Positions 47,624 to 57,926 of a DNA stretch of 57,926 nucleotides are shown here, one piece after another (within the stretch, counting starts at the first letter, position 1; the number at the start of each line of letters is the position of its first letter). Under the pieces are notes generated by a model. That model searched no databases. It had not been told where the DNA came from and saw only the letters and a list, made by a program, of their open reading frames with translations. This DNA is from Catajapyx aquilonaris (Eukaryota): assembly GCA_000934665.2 (NCBI GenBank), contig JYFJ02002383.1, forward strand, positions 1-57,926, written 5' to 3'. Made by a program: the position numbers and the translations under genes.

Positions 47624-48297
47624 TTCGAGGCTGCGACTCCGCCTGTTGTTTCTGATAAGTGGAGAACTCTCTGGAGGTTGACCCAGCAGGGAAGCAGGCG
47701 AGTATTTGATCGGACGGCTGCTTCAGGCCACGAGGGTACAAGTTGCCTACGATAGTAGTAATCGACCGTACGATGTTCTTCTACACGTTTCAAAGTACAC
47801 TGCACCAAGTGCAGCGTGCACACCTCCCTGCAGTGCTGATACTGAGTGAATTGAAGTGTCCAAAGGGCCTAGAATTCTGAAGAAACCAAAGAGCAAAGTC
47901 AGCAGGCTGCAGGCAATGACCAACAACTACCACTGACGTCCGACAGACAGGGATGGACTAGAATCAACCACTCCTTTCGCCGGATGTGCACGCGGAAGTT
48001 CACATCACCCGCCATCTTTGTTCAGGGCATCTACAGCCTGCAGTCCGCGCCAGTTTTTCAGACTTGTCATGCTGAGGGATCGAACTAGAACCGTGACAAA
48101 TCACATTTTTTTGTGAAGCCTGTGGAATCTCCATCGTCCATCCCTTTGGTTGTAAGTACAATAAAAATCCCGCCAAGTAGCATGCTAGTTTCCATGACTG
48201 TGCAAAACACACAAAAATCATTAAATTAAAAGTGATTTCGTTCCATGCATTATTATTCCAAATAGGGCCTATGAGGTAAATCTAAGGGTGAGTCAGG
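47624..48297. promoter_or_regulatory. Bidirectional promoter shared by USP14 and PSMD8
   Basis: 674 bp between divergent ATGs, CpG-rich. ETS-like CGGAAGT (47993-47999), YY1-like CGCCATCTTT (48010-48019), ARE-like TGACTTTGC (minus, 47893-47901) and ATGACTGTGCA (plus, 48194-48204). Confidence 0.65.
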
Positions 48298-50487
48298 ATG
48301 GATGGTGCGGCATCTATGGAAGCATTCCATTCCGAGGGCGATCTGCATCAAGAAGAAATGATGGACTTAAAGATGGCAGAGAAGATGCAGGAGATGATTG
48401 TGCTGAACCAGGAGCTCAACAATGAGTGGTGGAGAAAGACCCCAAGCACTGCTAACCTCAAGAAATGTGGGGCCCTGCTGGCAAAACTCAAGGTATGTCA
48501 CAATATCTGAGAGTGGTCCAAATAATTAGGCTCTGGTTACACATGCAATCATGCAAGTCTCTCTTCCGTCACCTGTTTGCACCAATAATAATCCCTGAAA
48601 ATAAAACAGGAGTTTTAATTTACTGCAACATTTATATTTAGGTCAGAGACCTTGTTAGCCCCCAAGCACAAGCTTATTTGTTTGAAGAGGGACATGCATG
48701 GCTTAAAAGTGTATATGGGATTTCTCACCGTAGTTGCAGCTGATTCCATGATGCCATATAGAGATTTTTGCAGGTGTGACCAGGGCCACACATAATATTA
48801 TCATCATTTTGTTAAATATTATAAACATTTTCTATATTTGATAGATTGAGTTGACAAAGTTCAAGTTTTTGCCAATCACAAGCGCAGAAGCCACCCAGAA
48901 GGAGCTTCTCATTGCACGTAAGATCACATCTCTATTGTACCGTACTTATTATAATAGAGTGAAACTTCTATAAGTCGAATCTCCATGGGACCGGGAAAAA
49001 ACTTCGAGTTATAGAAGATTCGAGTTAGAGAAGTTTGGATTTTTAAAGCACATAACTCTATAAGGAAGCCTACATTTATATCCAATGACGAAAGGTGTTC
49101 AAAACTTGAAAATAACTGTCACTATCACACTTACAATGTTCCTCGTTGTTTTGTTGTAAAAAAATCTCCGTAATGGACATTTGCCTACTTTATCTCTCTA
49201 CTTACATTCAAGGATGCAATTGTAACAATCGAGTCAAACACTTCTTTCGGTACGTCTGGCAGACGGAGGTCAGGAAATTGACCCTTTCTGTACATGTGGC
49301 CTACTCTCGACCCTTCGACTAGGTTACTAGGAAATGAGACAATTTTCCGTACTCGCAACGTGAACTTCGACTTAGAGAGACTGAAAATGCATTGATATCT
49401 CATCGTAAGGCCCTGCCAGAACTTCGAGTTATAGAAATTCGAGTTAGGGAAGTTTATTTCCTATTCTTTTACATTGTGACCAACCAAGCTCATCATTTTA
49501 TTCGACTTATAGAAGTTTTACTGTAGTTTGTTTTGTTTTGTTTTTTGTTTGTTTTTAATACCCCATGATAGGGCCCGGGGCCCTCTTGGGGTGGGAAGGA
49601 GAGGTTCCCAAGGGAGGGTGCTCTTAAGTAGTCATTTCTGACCTTCTTAGTAAATACCAGACCTTTTCTCTTGGCCCTGGGCAGAGAAGGGAGTGCAATT
49701 CTGCCCGGACATGTCGGGTGAAAAGCGGAAAAAGATTATATGTGATTATAATAATATTATGTGAGGATCTCCTCTCTTTCTCCCTCTCTCATGCATTCCC
49801 CCTGCCACACACACACACACTTCCATAACAAACCCACCTAGCAGAAGATTTTATCCATGAATATCCTTCATGACAGGCAATATGCTGGAAGTGGGTGTAA
49901 CGTGGAGCATAGCCATGAAGGACATCCCATCATTTGAACGATACATGGCTCAACTGAAGCCCTACTACCTGGACTACAAGGATTCCATGGAGGATTCAAT
50001 GAAGATGTATGAGATACTAGGTCTCAATCTCATGTGCCTCTTGTCACAAAGTCGTGTGGCAGAGTTTCATACCGAGTTAGAGCTCTTGCCCATAGACGAG
50101 GTTCAGTCCCAGGTGTACATAAGTCATCCTGTGTCACTGGAGCAATACTTTGTAGAAGGGAACTACAATAAGATTTTCCAGGCCAAGGGCAATGTGCCTG
50201 CTCTGTCATTTAACTTCTTCATGGACCTGCTGCTGGAGACAGTTCGCGTTGAGATATGTTCCTGTATAGAGAAGGCCTACAAACAAATCAGCCTATCAGA
50301 TGTTGCTGTGATGCTGAAGACTGAGCCGACTGAAATAAAGAAGTATGGCATAAAGCGTGGATGGAACCTGGGTGCAGATGGACGCTACCACTTTACAGAT
50401 GGGGAAAAGCCAGTTGATAACACGTCTTCTGAAGAAATGGTTGCTCGGACAGTTGAATATGCCAAGGAACTTGAGAAGATTGTTTAG
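48298..50487 (+). CDS. PSMD8: 26S proteasome non-ATPase regulatory subunit 8 (Rpn12), up to 292 aa, 3 exons
   Basis: Exons 48298-48492, 48845-48917, 49877-50487. Motifs KCGALLAKLK, FERYMAQLKPYY, LGLNL...RVAEFHTELE, HPVSLEQY, CIEKAY and terminal YAKELEKIV. The true start may be a downstream Met (48358-48373). AATAAA at 50627-50632. Confidence 0.93.
48957..49523. mobile_element. pogo/Tigger-like non-autonomous element in PSMD8 intron 2
   Basis: TA|GAGTGAAACTTCTATAAGTCGAA ... TTCGACTTATAGAAGTTTTACTG|TA, with a GGGACC motif and repeated TTCGAGTTA subterminal motifs. Confidence 0.8.
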
Positions 50488-51165
50488 TTTTCATATACCA
50501 TTGCTTTTTTTAAACTTGGCATAACAAATGTTTTCAAAATTACTAGTTCTCACAACATTTCTTCATCAACACATGTTTGTGATATGTTGTTCTGGCATAA
50601 GTCACCACAATGTGTACAGCTAATTGAATAAATCAAGTAAGATGTCAAAATTTTTAAGCCCTTCAGTTATCACATAACACTGGCCTACATATAGTGGATT
50701 GTAGGAATGTGCATATATGGATTGTACTGAAAGTATATCATGCTGACCTTTCTCATATTTGAACCTGTCACACCCCCACATCATGGTATGTCATGCTTGC
50801 ATTGACTCCCTACTCTATTGGTGTCACTTTATGGATGACCCCCACCACCAATATGCACTACCCAGGATAAAAATGCAACCATTGCTGATGCTGCAAGTTG
50901 AGGTACATCGGTCAATTCACAGTGCCATGTGATCTGTGCCGTCGAGGGTACTCGTGGGTTAGAAAATATTATTAACTAGCAACAACTCTAGTGTGCATCA
51001 ATTGCAATTCAAATGAATTAGTGGATAGGTGGATGTACTGTACATGCCCAACTGCCATCACTTCCACCATGCTTCTTTTTCACTTTAATTGGTGGGGGAT
51101 ATCTTTAAAAAACACTATGTAATTGCAAATAAAGTTTTTACTAACTGAGTGCACAAGTGCTGTTC

Positions 51166-52941
51166 CTATCGTATGACATAGTCCTTTGGATAATCAACCA
51201 CTTTGGGAAAAGTTCTGACAAAGTCAGGGTCATAATGATCCAGTCTCTTTGGGACTGGTCGTATCTGCCTGATCTGATCAGTTATATTGGCTGCCATGTC
51301 TGGTGGGATGCTGTCATCTGCAAATATGTGAAGCCTCTCCATTAAGGTTTTCCTCATCAAGGAGCTTCCCAGCTTGTTGTACACCGCCAGCTTCAGTACC
51401 TATGTGAGATGAGAATGACTCAGTTATCTTTTGGTTTACTATTTTCTTGCACTAACTAATAGGATGGCTATTGAAAATAAAAGTTGCCAATATTGCCAAC
51501 AATTCATCCCCTCTTCATGGGACTACCTAACCCCGTAAGTATGGCAATGCACCCCACAACTCAAAGAGGCACATTTCCTCTAACATCCTGAGCCAAAAGG
51601 GGTCTGTGATAGAAATCACAGATGGATCCATCCACCTTTGAGCTGTCTAACAGGCACTAAATATGCAGCTCCTCTTGTCTCCAGTTTAGAACTTATTTGC
51701 AAGCATGGCCCAACTCACCATTTTTGGGTCCTTTTTATGCAGTTCCCAAGCCAGGGTCCATGTGGCTCCACCTGGGTAACCAGTGTGGTGGAAGTAGACC
51801 CTTCGCTTCCACTCATCCCCCGGAAGGGCTACATCCCGACTGTTGATCACCACCACATGGTCACCACAGTCACCTAAAAATGATTGGTTACAACTACTGA
51901 TGGGGGACTTGGTGGGCTCTGTTCCCCTCTTTCCCCCATCTCAGAAGAAATAGTTTACACCACAGTCTAAGAATACTAAGGTCTGGATACTCCCCCTCGT
52001 AACGCGGTGGAGGGCCACAGGCAGCGAAGGGCCCATACCTGTGGCATTCTACCGGGGCCCTATGGAACTGGCTTCTCTCACTGCTTCTCTTCTAGTTCTA
52101 TCTAAGTGCATAGGGCCCTGGTAGAGTGCCACAAGTATGGGCCCTTAGCAGCACTGCCTGTGGCCCCCCACCACATTACCACCCCATCAGGCCCCCAATG
52201 CAATAAGAGGTAGAATGTCCAGACCTTACTATTCTTAGACTCTGGTTAACACTGTATTTCTTGTATACAGGTGCAATGTTGACCAACATACACTACTTAG
52301 GTCTACTGCAATGGCAATGGTAACAAATAAACAAAACGTTTGGACTTCATAGTGTATAAACACTTTCGATTCCATGTTATGGCATCAATTTTCACTTGAG
52401 TTGGTGCCATTTCTTTATAAGGCTCATTCACACTAGCGACCCTTGGCCAGGAATTCCTGGCCAATACGGAAACGTGGCCAGCGGCTGGCCAGGAATCGAA
52501 AGTAACAGTTCACAAGAGCGACGTTGTTGGGGGACAAGTGAGCATCGGGAGGCGCTTGGGAGTGCCGCTACTGCGCATGCGTTACTCCTGGCAACCTTCG
52601 CTGGCCATGGCTAGCCATCTTTCGGAGCATGGCCAGCTCAGCCACCTTTTCCTGGCTCGGGTGGCGACCTTCCCTTCCTGGCCGAACCTGGCCGCTAGCG
52701 TGTGAACGGGCTTGGCGACCTTTGGCGAGGAAACTTCCTGGCCGAAGGTCACTCGTGTGAATGCGCCTATAAACAGCAGGCTACTTTACATCATATTGGC
52801 ATGCTGGTAGGAGCCACCAGGGATGGATTCAATATTTAGCAGTTGCAAATAAAATGCTGAACATGGACGTGCATGGCAAACACTTCAGAATACTCAATAC
52901 TTTCTGTTCTCAACTGCCAGAATACAATGTACTGTACATAA

Positions 52942-52996
<55 letters not shown>

Positions 52997-53918
52997 CTGT
53001 ACCGCATTGTGGCTTGAGGGCAACAATTAATTTGCGCAGGCGCCATAAGCTTCAACGTTGGTCCTGGAAACCACAGTGTGGCCTGATGTCACAGTTAGTT
53101 TGTTAGCTGCCGCTAGATGACATACAATGTCGACAAATGACACGGTCAGGATATGGTATGAAGCGGAGAGAAGCCAAGGTCATTGAAAATGGCGCGAAAT
53201 TTGAATTTGCTGATGCAGCAATTGTTTCTGGAGCTGATTAGATATAGGTGCAGATATTAAATCCAATTACATGTATAAACTGCAAAGAGTAGCTCTCTCA
53301 TCACCATTTGTAGTCATTCTAATTTTGCCAGCACAATTTCATCACAATTATTTGGAGGCGCAGGCACAATATTGCTTGAGGTTTGAGTCCTAAGTCATTG
53401 CGCATGTTTTTATTCAAAAACGGTAACATGTATAGATATGACCATTACTACATTTTTAAGGTCCAGCGATTACAATTTGGACTGGAATAGAGATGGCCCC
53501 GAGATCTCAAGGGGAGCCAGTAAACGGAAGGGGATCATGGACCCACCCCCGACCCCAAGCTGCACGTGATGGTGGAATGATGGGGGTTATGATCCCCTTT
53601 AGTTTTCTGGGCCCCCTTGCGATATGGATGCCATGTGATGCCATCTATATATCAGATCAAATTGTAATTGCCGGACCTTCAAAACTTAGCAAAGGTCATC
53701 TCTATGTGTTACCGTTTTTGAATAAAAAAATACTTGCCATGACTTTTGACTCAGCACATGTAACTTCAAAGTCACAGGGTCAGAGATGACCAAAACATAA
53801 TAAAAACCATCCTTACATCACGCATGATGACAAAAAGACGTTAGAATTTTTTTCTTCCCAAAATCCCAAAAATGTGCAGTACAGGGTTTTTAATATTATA
53901 ATAATAATAATTATTATT

Positions 53919-53954
<36 letters not shown>

Positions 53955-55948
53955 ATTATTATTATTTCTGACTGTCTCTGCTGTCGACAACTTGCCCAAT
54001 TTGCTCTCTTATTGAATCCGCTCTTATGGAATCCACTCCTGATGTGCATTATCAAATAGCTGGTCACCCTTGTTTTTACCAGTATTCCAGTACCAGTAAA
54101 GTACTTCCACATGTTGACAGTTAAGACAAAGTGCATCTCTTTGCTAGAGGACACTTTACAGGTCCCAGAAGAAGAAAAATAATATGAATAGCCCTCAGGC
54201 CTTACCTCAGGCTCATGCAGCTCATAAAATATTAATTAATTAAAACTCACTTAAAGGATGGTATATGGGCTTGCTCATTCCTGTAAGGTACTTCTTTATC
54301 TTCAGGGCCGAGTCAAATGGATTCTGCCACTTAGCATCGTACAGGTACCAAACCCGAGCAAAAGTGCACCATTGCTGTAAAAAAAAGCAACATTCTAATG
54401 AAAATGCAAAGACCTTAGACAAAAGATATTGTCTAGGGCAAAGACATCACTACAAATGTTATGTCATGCCAAAAGTTAGTGATAGAAAATTTTGTCTGAT
54501 ATCTATTAGCCGGCACATAATACCTAAGTAGCCCATTTGGCAGTACACAGGCTAAGGCTAAATCTCCCCCTGACACAATCTCCATCTCTAGCTGTTGGGT
54601 AAGGAAACAAATTACTGGTAGAAGTGGGTGTAAAATGCGTATCAAGTTGCATTAATTTATTAATAAGTAGGGGAGACCAGGGCACGATGGCTACAGGGGT
54701 ATGATGGCACAGTCAAATTTTTGAAGAGGCTATTAGGTTCACGGACATGATGCTTATGTGGTAGGTGCAGATATACATGCTGCACAATACATCCTATTTT
54801 AAATTCAATCACAAAAGACTGTCAGCGGCAGTACTGATTTTTACCATTTTTGACAATTTGAGTCAATTTCAAATTATCATTCGTTTTTCTTTTTTCTTCC
54901 AACTGAAGTGCTAGATTAGTGCTAGCCCAATAATGCATTTGCAAAGCAGATCTGCCTACAAAATGACAGCACAAATGGACATTTAATATTTGTCACTCAA
55001 GAGCAGATGAGGACTAGAAAGGTAAAAAAATGCCTATGGGGCACAATGGCACATTTTGTTTGGGGCACGTTAGCACATGTCCCTACCAACCTTGGAGGGC
55101 TAAGGCGACCATGGCGATTATGGTAGACCATGACAGCCTCTAGTCTTCTAGTGCCTCTCCCCTGTCACTTAGGCTGGGCCCATGCACTTTTCCCAGTAGC
55201 CCACTACTTGCTCCTTAGGTGGAGGGCGCGCTATGTTATCCTGCAGGCAAAATATTCTGAATATCTTGAAACATCTTTGTAATCACTTGTAACTATACGG
55301 ATATGAATCGATAATGTGTGTGGAAGTGATTTTCATGTTATTTCATAAGCCCTACCTTAGCCTTATATTACTGTGCCAACGTGCCCCGTGCCTTGTGCCA
55401 TTGTGCCCAGGGCAAGGGGCATTATGGCACACATGCAGAGGGTTTTGAAATAATTTATAGTGGATAGCATATTTCAAATGCAAACATGTGAAAATATCAC
55501 ATAATTATATGCTCAAATGTCTAAAGTATTTATCGGTATAAAAATTACTGTGAATAAGTCTTAACTGGCCTCCTAAAAAAATCAAATGTAAAAAGTATGC
55601 CATCTAGCCTCGGCCTCCCCTACTACTAAATGTCTGTACAGTGTTGGACATTAATTGCATCGTACTGCTAGCGAAATTTTTTGCGACAGCAGAAGAGCAC
55701 ATCGAAGTGATGAAGTGAGGGCCGTTATATCATGCTTCTAAATTTTACAATATACATCAATAGCAGTGGTTCCCGGTTCCCCCTTTCTTGTTACTGCTTT
55801 GGTCATATAATTATCTGGTCTCCAGTGTAAGCATGGCTCACAGCGGCTCACAGCATTATGCCCTCCAGTAACTAGTCTTCAACAGTATGTGTACCACTCT
55901 CAAGATCATCCTGGCTGATACTACCTGCGTGCGTTTAACTGCCGACAT
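51166..55948 (-). CDS. MRPL13: Mitochondrial ribosomal protein L13 (uL13m), 178 aa, 4 exons
   Basis: Exons 55948-55925, 54374-54251, 51873-51719, 51399-51166. [31 protein letters not shown]...[18 protein letters not shown]...[13 protein letters not shown]...ERLHIFADD...DYPKDYVIR. Confidence 0.96.
51960..52245. mobile_element. Fold-back MITE with ~100-bp imperfect arms in MRPL13 intron 2
   Basis: CCACAGTCTAAGAATACTAAGGTCTGGA...GGGCCCATACCTGTGGCA versus TGCCACAAGTATGGGCCC...TCCAGACCTTACTATTCTTAGACTCTGG. TSD unclear. Confidence 0.75.
52420..52768. mobile_element. PIF/Harbinger-type MITE
   Basis: TIR AGGCTCATTCACACTAGCGACCCTTGGCCAGGAA versus reverse complement AGGCGCATTCACACGAGTGACCTTCGGCCAGGAA. 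3-bp ATA flanks; internal TGGCCAGGAA repeats. Confidence 0.8.
52944..52994. repeat. (TTA)n microsatellite
   Basis: Visible trinucleotide run. Confidence 0.95.
53894..53965. repeat. Compound (ATA)n(TTA)n(TTG)n microsatellite
   Basis: Visible trinucleotide runs. Confidence 0.9.
54667..55623. mobile_element. Non-autonomous DNA transposon (~0.96 kb) in MRPL13 intron 1
   Basis: TIR GTAGGGGAGACCAGGGCACGATGGC versus reverse complement GTAGGGGAGGCCGAGGCTAGATGGC. Internal GGGGCACAATGGCAC-type motifs in both orientations. Confidence 0.7.
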
Positions 55949-56776
55949 TGCTGACACAGTCCTTGCCTTCCTACTTTCTTCTGCCTGCTACGGAGTCTGT
56001 AGCTACAAGCCGAGTCAGCCGCATACTCAACCTGCAAGCAGAACCATTAATCCATACATGGAGGCTGCCATTTTAGCGTCCAACTTGTAGTGCACCTTCC
56101 CGCCGCTTAATCAGGTTTGCAGCGCCACACTGATTCACATCCAACCTTCGATTTCTCTCAATAAATTATTCAAATTTAGGGCATGCCAAATTTAGGCGAA
56201 TAAAAATATACCGGCAGGTCTGGATTTTTGTTTATATTCGATTGCGTAAGTTTGCAAGGTGGCTGTTGCAGAAGCAGTGGCAGCGGTTCGAACGGTCCCT
56301 GATATTGTTTTGCCAGAAAATTCCCTGAGTGGTGTTCGCTTTTTTCATTTGTCTCGTTCTTCCGGATTATCGGGAATAGACAAAATTAAGAGTTTCCGCG
56401 TTCTGGAGCCCCATCCCGACGTCGCCCGGTGGGATTGTTGCATCTTCTTCGGCAGGCCCAATATCTTGTCAGTCGTAGATAAGGAAGCGCTAGAACATCG
56501 CCGGATAGTGTGATATCGAGGGATGAGTTACGGAATATAATCTCAGGCCTGGCCCATCTGTCATACAGTTTTATAGCTCGTCACTGGTCAGCAGGGAGTT
56601 TCCCTAACCTACACTGGATATAAATATGGAGGTGAGCCAACAGGGTAGACTTTTAAAAAATAAAGGAATGCATGTATATACCAGATGTACGGTACTGTAG
56701 CCCATGTCCATATTGGTGGTTATTTTGCAGTCACACATTCCAGCAAGTTTGGCATGGAATCGTAAAATAATTCTTA

Positions 56777-56927
56777 AGGCCATTTCACAAAAAGATTTTG
56801 CGGCAGCGACAAGCGGCAAACGCCTGCCCCGCCAATTGTTACTAATTATTGGCAATAATAAATATAAATAATAAATATGCCGCAATGCGCGCCGTTTGCC
56901 GTGCGACATTTTTTTGTGAAATGGCCT
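56777..56927. mobile_element. PIF/Harbinger-type MITE with TTA TSD
   Basis: TTA|AGGCCATTTCACAAAAAG ... TTTTTGTGAAATGGCCT|TTA. Confidence 0.85.
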
Positions 56928-57270
56928 TTAGAGTATATGCCAGGCTCCTGATATATGCTCAACAAATAGAATTTGGCCTCACCATCCATGTACAAGCTCC
57001 GACTATCTGCAACAAATCTCATGCTGTGAAAGCCACATTGGCAGCTTTTCATTGATGTTGCATTCAAAGAATTGTACATGAGGCAAAGGGGACTGTCCAT
57101 AAATTAGAGACTGGCCAGGAGACGTAACCAGGCTGGGCCTAACTCATGGCCACACTTGCAAGTGTAGTGACAGAACTGCATGGAAATGAGCACCTGTGAG
57201 ATATTTACCAATGTGGACATGAGGTGATATCTGAAACACATGGTGTAGCTTAGACCTACTGCTAAAATCC

Positions 57271-57826
57271 AACAACAAACAACAACAACAACATCACGAC
57301 ATTTCCCTATGAGGGGTAGTCAGCGATGAAGGGAGACGCAAGCTAACCCAACATATGAACTAATAAAACTCATGAGAATAAACCTAAAAAACAACCTGTC
57401 CCACCCCCCACCCCTGCCCACCTCAGACATCACCTTATCCTCAGACATATTTACCTATTTACCCATTAATTAACCTACGCCATTTACACCTATCCAAACA
57501 AACAACCCTAGCCTCAGCCACGTCCATGGTCCTATTGACACAAGAACGTCTCGGCTTAACACTAGCAACACCCTTAAGACACTGGCCCACCTGGTCCAAT
57601 CATGTCTTCCTAGGCCTACCCTTGCCCCTCTTACCAACTACTCCACCCAAATAAACCTTCTTCACAATCTCCTCCTCCTTCATCCTCTCCACATGGCCAA
57701 ACCACCTTAGAGTAGACCTACACACCTTATCTTTAACAGTCTCCTTAACATTACACCTCTCCAAAATCTCCTCATTCCTAATCCTATCGAACTTGGTAAC
57801 CCCACAAACAGCCCGGAGATAACGCA
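57271..57826 (-). mobile_element. RTE-clade LINE 3' fragment (ORF end with nonsense codon, 3' UTR, (TGT)n tail)
   Basis: RYLRAVCGVTKFDRIRNEEILERC...LRWFGHVERM...GKRGKGRPRKT*LDQV...DRCKWR is a typical RTE post-RT C-terminus. A TGA at 57600-57602 replaces the expected Trp. Tail at 57271-57293. Confidence 0.9.
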
Positions 57827-57926
57827 CAAGTCACAAGTCAGAGAATACTGAATATTCAGAGTGGGTTTATGTCGGGTAAGAGTTGTGTAGATCAGATATT
57901 CTGTATGAGACTCGTGATAGAAAAGT
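57827..57926 (+). mobile_element. LINE reverse-transcriptase fragment in opposite orientation (runs off the window)
   Basis: Plus frame QVTSQRILNIQSGFMSGKSCVDQIFCMRLVIEK matches the non-LTR RT motif QxGFRxGRSCxDQIFxLRxxIEK. Confidence 0.8.

Overview
Gene-dense eukaryotic window, most likely arthropod (inferred from the MRPL13, TGIF and XK sequences). I assembled nine spliced protein-coding genes by hand; every GT-AG junction was checked for reading-frame phase. In order: a divergent Rbfox-like RRM protein (+), a degenerate calmodulin-like EF-hand protein absent from the ORF track (-), an XK-related scramblase (-) whose 11-kb third intron holds two antisense tandem carbohydrate sulfotransferase genes (+), a TGIF/achintya-vismay-like TALE homeobox gene (-), USP14 (-) head-to-head with PSMD8/Rpn12 (+), and MRPL13 (-). 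Introns and spacers carry many MITEs or deleted DNA transposons, a tRNA-derived SINE, two pieces of one RTE LINE family (one apparently 5'-inverted) and microsatellites. The main leads are: a perfect TGIF dimer site plus dense TGACA sites in the TGIF gene's own first intron; an Rbfox-like paralogue with a rewired RNA-binding surface and a TALE/CHR/MYB-type promoter; a shared proteasome promoter with two opposite ARE-like sites; and a candidate poison exon and a pseudoknot-ordered RNA structure in USP14 introns. Family calls come from recalled motifs; no database search was run.
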